A stretch of DNA of 20,236 bases from Candidatus Eiseniibacteriota bacterium (GTDB taxonomy: Bacteria; Eisenbacteria; RBG-16-71-46; SZUA-252), in contig JANMQV010000026.1 of NCBI GenBank assembly GCA_031370645.1, forward strand, positions 1-20,236. The letters are read 5' to 3'. A program made the position numbers and the translations under genes. Below, one piece after another: positions 17,721 to 20,236 of this stretch (within the stretch, counting starts at the first letter, position 1; every line of letters starts with the position of its first letter). The notes under the pieces were generated by a model that saw nothing but the letters and a program-made list of their open reading frames with translations, was not told the DNA's origin and did no database searches.

Positions 17721-18899
17721 CTAGAGGAGAGCCGGCCCCTCGATCGGCTCACCCTCGGCAAAGCGAGAGGGCCGGAGCGGGTGGACGTCGAGAGCGGCAG
17801 CGCGGCCGTCACGGCTCACGATCATCTCCGCCAGTAGCTCGCCCAGCGCGGGGGCGTGCATCACCCCGTGTCCGGAGGAGCCGTTGGCGAGCCAGAGGTT
17901 CGGGCATCCCGGGGCGGCGCCGAGGATGGCGTGTTTGTCGGGGGAGATTTCGTAGAGACCGGCCCACGCCGCGGCGCGGTCGATCGAGACGCCACGAAGT
18001 ATCGGGACACGACCGAGTGCCTTCGCCACAACCTCCTCCACCCATCGAGGGTCTACCCGCGCCGCGAACGAATCGTCCGGGTCGCCGGGTGTCGGCCAGA
18101 GGAGGACGACTCGGCCGTCTCGCACACGGAGGTGAAAGCCGTCCTCCGCCCAAATCGACATCGGCATTCCGGAGGGAAGCACGGTGGTCGGTGCCGTTGG
18201 CACGACTTGCCGGCGAAGCGGCGTAACGGGGAGATCGACGCCCGCCATGGCGGCAATCGCACGAGCCCATGCGCCCGCAGCGTTCACGACCACGCTGGTT
18301 TCGATCCTTCCCTTGGAAGAGTCGACGCCTCGAACACGACCCGCGCCGTCACGTTCCATCCCGCGCGCTTCAACCCCCCACATGAAGCGAACTCCCGCTC
18401 GCTCCGCGGTAGCGCGGTATCCCTCGAGCATCTGCAGGGGCTTGATGAATCCATCGGTGGGGCAGAAGGCGCCGCCCATCACACCGTCGAGATTCAGCGC
18501 CGGGTTGATGCGCGCGATCTCATCTCTCGAAACCATGGCCGCTTCGGCGAGGCCTTCTTCGCGCTGCATCCGATTTCCATCGCGGAGTGTTCCGAGCGCC
18601 TCTTCACTCCCCGCGAGCCACAAGTATCCCGCCTGCTCGTAACCGGGGTCCACACCGGTCTCCTCCTCGAAGCGCATCAGTTTTTCGCGGGAGAGAAGGG
18701 AGAGCCGAACGTTGATCGCGGTTCCGTACTGCGCGCGAAAGCCGCCGGTCGCAAGTCCGGTGCTTCCGAGGCCGGGGCGCTCCGCGCGGTCGATCACCAC
18801 GACGTCGCGAACGCCGCGTGCGGCGAGATGATGCGCGACGCTCGCGCCAATGACGCCGCCGCCGATGACGACGACTTCCGCGCGTTCGGGGAGGTTCAT
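17721..18899 (-). CDS. FAD-dependent oxidoreductase, DAO/sarcosine oxidase beta-like family
   Basis: VIGGGVIGAS, GSTGLATGG, VVNAAGAWA, WAGLYE.SPD and GHGVMHAP. ATG 18899. Confidence 0.9.
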   Translation of the reverse strand: MNLPERAEVVVIGGGVIGASVAHHLAARGVRDVVVIDRAERPGLGSTGLATGGFRAQYGTAINVRLSLLSREKLMRFEEETGVDPGYEQAGYLWLAGSEEALGTLRDGNRMQREEGLAEAAMVSRDEIARINPALNLDGVMGGAFCPTDGFIKPLQMLEGYRATAERAGVRFMWGVEARGMERDGAGRVRGVDSSKGRIETSVVVNAAGAWARAIAAMAGVDLPVTPLRRQVVPTAPTTVLPSGMPMSIWAEDGFHLRVRDGRVVLLWPTPGDPDDSFAARVDPRWVEEVVAKALGRVPILRGVSIDRAAAWAGLYEISPDKHAILGAAPGCPNLWLANGSSGHGVMHAPALGELLAEMIVSRDGRAAALDVHPLRPSRFAEGEPIEGPALL

Positions 18900-18915
18900 C
18901 GGGCCGCCGTCGCGA

Positions 18916-19332
18916 TCAGGCCGTGAAGACGTGCTCGGGGTGCTTGAACGTCTTGAATTCGAGCGCGTTTCCGCTCGGGTCGCGAAGGAACATCGCCATC
19001 TGTTCTCCCGGTTGACCCTCGTAGCGCGAGCGCGGCTCGATGATGAAGGGCCTTCCGGCCTTCCGAATCCGCGACGCGGCCGCCTGGAACTGCTCCCACT
19101 CGAGAATCGCCCCGAAGTGCGGCATCGGGACCGCGATCCCATCGACCTTGCCGGTATCGTGAGTCGGCGACACGGGGCCGGTCACATGGCAGGAAATTTG
19201 GTTACCGAAGAAATCGAAGTCGACCCAATCAGCCGTGCTCCGCCCCTCGCGACAACCGAGAAGTTCGCCGTAAAAAAGTCGCGTTTCGTCGAGATCGCGA
19301 ACATGGAACGAGAAATGAAACGGCTGAGACAT
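18916..19332 (-). CDS. VOC/glyoxalase (extradiol dioxygenase-like) family protein
   Basis: PFH.SF.V.DL, WVDFDFFGNQ, VPMPHFG and DPSGNALEFK. GAGGAGG RBS. Confidence 0.9.
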   Translation of the reverse strand: MSQPFHFSFHVRDLDETRLFYGELLGCREGRSTADWVDFDFFGNQISCHVTGPVSPTHDTGKVDGIAVPMPHFGAILEWEQFQAAASRIRKAGRPFIIEPRSRYEGQPGEQMAMFLRDPSGNALEFKTFKHPEHVFTA

Positions 19333-19439
19333 GGTCCCTCCTCGGTGCGTGGTTCCGAGGATGGTACGATGAGGCTGTACGCGGGGCCAATCGGAGGAAT
19401 GACCGATCCCGGACCGGCGCCCGGCGAAGGAGGGTAAGG

Positions 19440-20236
19440 ATGGCGGACGATCAATTCCTGAGGGGGCAAGTCGCGCTGGTTACGGGCGGCGGTCGCGGGC
19501 TCGGCCGGGCCTATGCGGAGGCGCTCGCGGCGGCAGGTGCCGCCGTCGCGGTAGTCGCTCGGACCGACTCCCAGGTGATGGAAACCGTGGCGCGGATCGC
19601 CGCCGCGGGAGGGAGCGCTTGCGCCTTTGCCGCGGACGTCACGGACAAGGGCGCCGTGGAGTCCGTCGTGGCGGCGGTGGAGAAAGAACTCGGGCCGATC
19701 GCGTTGCTGGTGAATGCCGCGGGTGTGGCGGATCCGCTCGGCCCCTTGGCTGAGTGCGATCCCGACTCGTGGTGGCGCGGCGTCGAGATCAACGCAAAGG
19801 GACCGTATCTCTGCGCGCGATTCGTCCTGCCGGGAATGATCTCGCGGGGCGCCGGGCGAATCATCAATGTCTCGAGCGGCGTCGGCACGCGCGCCTACGA
19901 CTACCTCTCGTCTTATTCCGTCGGGAAGACCGCGCTCATTCGACTCACCGAAAGCGCCGCCGCCGAGAACGCGGCCCGCGGTGTTCGCGTGTTTTCGATA
20001 TCACCGGGGATGGTGCGTACCGACATGAACCGCCTCCTCGTGGGACATCCGAAGTCGGCCGAGTGGTTTCCCTGGGCGGCTGAGACGCTCGCGAAGGGGA
20101 AGGACTTTCCACCGGAGGCATCGACGCGATTGGTTCTTCGATTGGCGAGCGGCGATGGCGATGCGCTGTCGGGACGCCACATCTCCGTGGCGGACGATCT
20201 CGACGCGTTGGTCGCCCGAGCGGCGGACGTGGTGGC
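19440..20236 (+). CDS. Classical short-chain dehydrogenase/reductase, 3'-truncated
   Basis: Absent from the ORF track because it runs off the edge. ATG 19440 follows AGGAGGG. Reads MADDQFLRGQVALVTGGGRGLG...LVNAAG...NVSS...YSVGK...SPGMVRT. Confidence 0.92.
   Translation, partial: MADDQFLRGQVALVTGGGRGLGRAYAEALAAAGAAVAVVARTDSQVMETVARIAAAGGSACAFAADVTDKGAVESVVAAVEKELGPIALLVNAAGVADPLGPLAECDPDSWWRGVEINAKGPYLCARFVLPGMISRGAGRIINVSSGVGTRAYDYLSSYSVGKTALIRLTESAAAENAARGVRVFSISPGMVRTDMNRLLVGHPKSAEWFPWAAETLAKGKDFPPEASTRLVLRLASGDGDALSGRHISVADDLDALVARAADVV

Noticed and set aside
17856-18926. 356-aa plus-strand ORF
   Set aside because: Antisense to the DAO-family gene and has no motifs.
19369-19437. 22-codon uORF (MRLYAGPIGG...) before the final SDR
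   Set aside because: TGGTACGAT there fits an extended -10 promoter equally well, and the GGAGG before ATG 19399 is only 1 nt away. There is no independent support.

Overview
A GC-rich, gene-dense bacterial window of about 20 genes. I see no mobile element, CRISPR array, rRNA or tRNA. In order: the 3' end of a secreted PKD/Ig protein with a FlgD-Ig/T9SS-like C-terminal domain; lipoprotein sodC coupled to a HI0933/YhiN flavoprotein; a cold-shock protein gene divergent from a 1-Cys peroxiredoxin; nrfHA (NrfA has CxxCH rather than CxxCK at heme 1) divergent from an SQR-like flavoprotein; a 7-repeat FG-GAP protein with the same ~200-aa C-terminal module as the first gene; an ornithine cyclodeaminase-family plus Ser/Thr dehydratase pair; a second csp paralogue; a small membrane protein; a coupled operon of class II photolyase, small membrane protein and PNGase F-like protein; a TIGR02999-like ECF sigma coupled to a YbjT/DUF2867 SDR; a structured intergenic region; a DAO-family oxidoreductase with a VOC protein; and a truncated SDR. 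The C-terminal sorting-like domains suggest an FCB-group organism, possibly Ca. Eisenbacteria-like (inference only). The best leads are the SQR-like/nrfHA divergon (possible sulfide-driven nitrite ammonification), the uncharacterised shared Cys2/DxDxNG domain, an attenuator-like terminator in the csp1 leader, the photolyase-PNGase operon, and a candidate small RNA at about 17600-17690. All family calls come from motif recognition by eye, with no database search.
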